A DNA stretch of 63,531 bases, counting the filler, from Hyphochytrium catenoides (lineage: Eukaryota; Protista; Hyphochytriomycota), in assembly GCA_900088475.1 (NCBI GenBank). It is 14 parts of 14 records of this genome, joined end to end, with 100 filler letters (N's around TTAATTAATTAA, not from the genome) between each part and the next. Parts side by side here need not be neighbours in the genome. Positions count along the whole stretch, not along the records: positions 58,823 to 63,531 come from FLMG01003702.1; 13 more parts are not named here. One strand, given 5' to 3'. Shown here piece by piece: positions 59,134-63,531 of this stretch. The notes under the pieces were generated by a model. The model was not told the DNA's origin and searched no databases. It saw only the letters and a list, made by a program, of their open reading frames with translations. Both the position numbers and the translations under genes were made by a program. Each line of letters opens with the position of its first letter. The first letter of the stretch is position 1.

Positions 59134-61960
59134 CTGAACTCGGGCATATAGACGTATAGAGTGTGATGCAGCTCGACCATGTATCCAAAGCCAAAATAGA
59201 GCAAGACAAAGACAGAGATGAGAGGTGCGATGCAGGAATATATGACGCCGATAGCGAAGATCAGCAAGTTGTCTGACACAGAGGTCGTGTACTGAGCATC
59301 ACCTACAGATAGCAATGAGCGGGAAAGGGAGAGATGGGCCCAGAGAGAAGGAGATGGATTAGAGGGAAACAGTACGCGCATAGCAAACAGACAAGCAAAT
59401 CAGGATGGGGCGACTGTCAGTTCATAGCAACTGAAGGGCAAACCGATGAACCATAGGGTAAATAACAGTGCAGTGGGTAGAGAAAGAGAGAGAGAGAGGA
59501 GATTGAACGAGAGGTTGGAAAGAGGCATAAAATGAGAGCTGTACCAGAGAGATAAGCGTGACGGGTAAAATGAGGGCGGGCTGTACGAGAGAGATAGGCG
59601 ACGAGAGGACAAACAGCTAACTGACGACTCGTCACTCTTCGCACCTGGAAGCCAGGCATCTCTCTTTTGCCTGTTGGTGACAGCGAGCTTCATCTTAATC
59701 CAAGCCACAATCAATTTGCCGAGGCGCAGCAAGCTGCCGGAGAACACAGAGAGGGCATTCAGCATGATATAGTTCATGAAAAAGGTAGCCTGTGGAGGGA
59801 GAGAGCTGGCCAGGAGATCGACAATGCTCGCCGGGTCGTCAATAATGTTCTCTATGGTGTTCATAATTGAACCTCCGAGGGTGATGCCCAGCACGTTGAC
59901 GATCTAGAGGAGCAAAAAGAGCGGTGCCAAAGGTGAGTTCCTCGCAGAAAAGAGAGAGAGAATAGGAGAGCAGACCATGACCAGCAGCCACATTGAGCCA
60001 AAAGAAGCTAAACAACTTTCGACATTCTGAGTGTAGAATGTAGAAGAGAGGCGTAGAGAGACAGAGACAGAGGAGAACAGAGAAGGAGGGAGAGAGAGAA
60101 AGAGGTGACAAGGACTAGTATGCACGAAGCGAGAGAAGCCCGTGCATAGCCTTACACTGAAGATGTAAAGCTTATTCAGGGATCCCAGGCATAGCGTTCC
60201 TTTCGTCCAGACACCCTCTAAGTCCGTCAGGATGTCAACCAAGATCGGCAGGATGATAAAGAACAATTTTAAAGCCAAAGTTGGGAGGAAACCCGTGATA
60301 AACCCTACAAGGAAACGAAATGGACCATTAGGGTTCTGTCACAGTTTTTGCATTCTAAGAGAAAGAGAGACAAATAGAGGACCTACGGCCAAAGCGAGAG
60401 CAAGAGAGAGGAAGAGAAAGGGCAAGTGAGAGGGTATGGGGAGCCTAGACTTGTCCAACACTTAGAGAGGAAGAAGAGGGCACAGGAAGAGAGAATGACA
60501 GGTAATTGACGAGTGACTGCTTACCGCTGAGCACCGGCGACGCCTCCAGTAGAGGTTCAATGGGCAGGTACTTCTTGAGGTTTTCTAGATTAATGAGAGC
60601 GCTCACAAAGCCCACAGGGATCAACCAGAAGACCACGAGGAAGAAAGTAGCGACAGTGACTATTCCAATGCGGACCAATCTCTCAAGCTTTCGCAGCTTC
60701 AGATTCTTCCAGATAACATCCTCTGTCTCGGGTGCCTCGTACATGTCATAGTTGTACCTGTCCTTGATAACTTTTAGCTGTGAAGCGATAAGAGCGCTGC
60801 TTCGTTGAGAAAAGGTAACGAAACAAGCATGAGTTGCCTCCTGTGGACAAGAGGATCACGCGCGACGGTGAAAAGATTGTTAGTCAGTGCAAATTAAAGG
60901 CACAGAGGTGCCATGACAGCGGTTGCCACACGTCCTAGCGAAACAAGAGATAAAGAGTCAAGGAGGAGAGATAGAGGGAGAGAAATAACAGAAAGAAAGA
61001 AAGAGAGGGAGAGAGAGAGATGGAGAGAGACACACACACACAAAGAGATAACAAGGCAAGAGGTTTAGAAGTAGGATTGAGCGTTCCCTCTCCGCTTCTA
61101 ACAGAACGAAGATGAAGTTCAAGGAACGTGAGAAAGGGCAGCAAGTAATTAACCTTGTGCTTCAAATCATCCTGCAGGTTTCTCATCACGTCTTCCATCT
61201 CATCAAGCTGCTTCTGGAAAGTAGAGAGAGAGTCAACCTTGCTCCCACAGAGCTTTTCCCTGTGCTGCGGACGGACGTCCTTCGTCTCAGCAACAAATTG
61301 CGCAGCCTTGTACTTGATGACAAGCGCGTCATGCTTCTTCACTAGCTTAGCCATATCATCCTGTGCGCGACAGCGTCAGAGCGGATGCCAGCACCAGCAA
61401 CAAAAGAGGGGAAAGTATAACAGAAACAGTGTTAGAAGCATAGGAGAGAGACAAAGAGTAGAGATCGCTAGATAGAAAAAGAGGCCGTGCTTTGAGTACT
61501 GTGAGCAAGGAAATAAAAAAGAGAAGTAGAACTATTATACAAAGCCTAAGAGCTCAGTTAGCTCCTGAAGAACGAACCAGAGAGTAAAGAACGACCATGA
61601 AGAACGTCCAAGACTTAAAATGAGAGAGAGGAAAGAGAGAACCGGGGGNNNNNNNNNNNNNNACAAGATGAGAGAGAGAGAGGGAAAGAGAGAGAGGGAG
61701 AGAGAGAGGGAAAGAGGAGAAAGCCAGAGAGAGATAGAAGAGGAATCGGGTCCGGGGAGACAGGGAGAGAGAAAGAAGGAGAATGCGGAGAGAGAGAGAG
61801 AACAAGGGAGAAAGACAGAGAACAGCAACGAGAGATCTGGCCTCAAGTATTTCCTTTACCTTCTGCACGACCATATGTACAGCCTTCACCTGTCCAGGAA
61901 AGACTTTGTCCATCAGCTTGAACATCGCGACGTNNNNNNNNNNNNNNNNNNNNNNNNNNN

Positions 61961-62013
<53 letters not shown>

Positions 62014-62913
62014 GTCAGAGGCAAAACGAAGACAATAAGAGGCAGAAGATCCTGAGAGAGGGAGACACAGAGCTATCTATAGAGCCATTGTCTTACGGAA
62101 GAGGAGATACGAAAGCGAAGAGAGAGAGAGAGTGTGCGTGCCGAGAGAAGAGAGGACGGAGTGGATAGGTAGAACAGGGTATTATCCTATTGAACAGAGA
62201 GACACTCTTCGCGCACCCTGGCATCGCCTTCCTGGACATTCGCTATACTCAGGAGAGTGAGGCCTTCCTCTCCATTGCCGCCGGTGGCGTAGATAGGGAT
62301 CAGACAGCCGAGGCCGTACACAGAGAAGACGGCCGTGATCTTGAACACCAACCTAGGAGGGAACGTCAAAGTGAAGAGAGACGGGTGAGCTCCTCCCAAG
62401 GGGCGGCAGGAAATAGAACATAGATGTTGAACTAGCGTGCTTTCGTCTTCTCTCTTTCTGTCTGTCTGTCTCTCTCTTTTTCTTCCTCTCTCTCTCTCCT
62501 CTTTCTGGCTAGTGACCTGGCAAACTCCTTGCCAGTGAAAGAGAAGACAAACCACGGCCTCCTCTCTAGCCCGTTCTCTCTTGTTTAGCTCTTCCCTAGT
62601 TCTCCCTTTCCTTACTTCCTCTCTGTTTCTGCGTCTCCCCTCTCTGTCTCTCCTCTCCCTTTCTCTTTCTCGCTCCTTTTATCTCGACCTCTTTCCTCCG
62701 TCGAGTTTATAGCTTGGCAAAGGTTTCTCACCTAAAGAACCTCAGCACTACGAGTGCATCTATTCCTCCATGCTCGAAGATCGCGTCATCAGACACTTTC
62801 AAAAGAGCGGAAGCCCAGCCAATGACGCCAGCGGGAAGCTCCTCCAAAGTGTCGTGGGTCAAAAACAGCTTCGGGACATAGATGTGACGGTTCTAGAAAG
62901 GGAACCGAACAAA

Positions 62914-62983
<70 letters not shown>

Positions 62984-63260
62984 ACAGAGAGAGAGACAGA
63001 GAGAGAAAGAGAGGGTTAGAAGGAGACAGACATATCTATAAATAGAGAGAGAGAAGGAGGCTTAGAGGAGACTCGAGCGCCGTCTGTTGGCAAGAGAGAC
63101 CGATGTGGAAGATAGAAGAGAAAAAGGTCCAATGGAGAGACCGAGCCTCTTCGCAAGAGTAAGAGAAGAATGAGATTCTGAGAGAACGAGATGAAAGATG
63201 GATACTGAAAGATGGATACTTTGTCCAAGGTACCGCTGACAGAAGAGAGTGAGTGCAAAT

Positions 63261-63292
<32 letters not shown>

Positions 63293-63530
63293 AGAGAGAG
63301 AGAGATGTGTGGAAAAAGTGTGAGGAGCGGACAAACAGAGACCAAAAGAGAGAGAATGCATCGCACAGGGCGGGAGAGGAACTCTTGACTAAACAAAGAC
63401 AGCATTAGAGATGACAGTCCTTTACCTTTCCTCTCAGACAGAAGTACAAGGTGACAAAGACCAAGGCGATGGCGCTGTTGATCGCCAGCGTGGTCAGGAA
63501 CTGCTCAAGCGAAGCGTCAAAGTTTGCCAT
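59134..63530 (-). CDS. OSCA/TMEM63/CSC1 (ERD4-like) mechanosensitive channel, 3'-partial, many exons
   Basis: Start MANFDASLEQFLTTLAINSAIALVFVTLYFCLR; CLIPIYATG..LSIANV; ACFVTF; APETEDVIWKNL..FWLIPVGFV; LLASSLPPQATFFMNYIML; FAIGVIYSCIAPLI..LLYFGFGYMV. Confidence 0.93.
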
Positions 63531-63531
63531 G

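Noticed and set aside
1-63531. Hundreds of ORFs rich in SLSLSL or ERERER
   Set aside because: They are translations of (CT)n/(AG)n microsatellites, which lack stop codons; many lie inside demonstrable introns

Overview
Eukaryotic draft-genome DNA, not one continuous locus. Fourteen contigs are joined by 13 identical artificial 100-bp spacers (N44-TTAATTAATTAA-N44), so neighbourhoods across spacers carry no biological meaning. Most of the ORF track is noise from (AG)n/(CT)n intronic microsatellites. Splicing GT-AG exons by hand recovers these genes or fragments: a single-PAS bHLH-PAS transcription factor, a membrane-anchored GFA/CENP-V protein, Sec1/Munc18, MED21, a Kv-type channel with a Cys-rich S1-S2 loop, an ERMP1-like M28 peptidase, a GPI-type GH17 glucanase C-terminus, TMEM164, a coiled-coil + HNH (Crinkler/RHS-type) nuclease, an intronless DUF2341 ORF, a multi-EF-hand protein, SAE1/AOS1 and an OSCA/TMEM63 channel. 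Also present are tRNA-Ser(AGA), decayed Ty1/copia elements (one carrying a solo LTR with a 5-bp TSD), and a 68-aa repeat ORF resembling giant-virus/phage fibre proteins. The gene set suggests a protist, possibly a stramenopile (inference). The most unusual signal is a recurring intron polarity: (AG)n after the donor and complementary (CT)n before the acceptor, seen across independent contigs and both strands. All family assignments come from motif recognition by eye; no searches were run.
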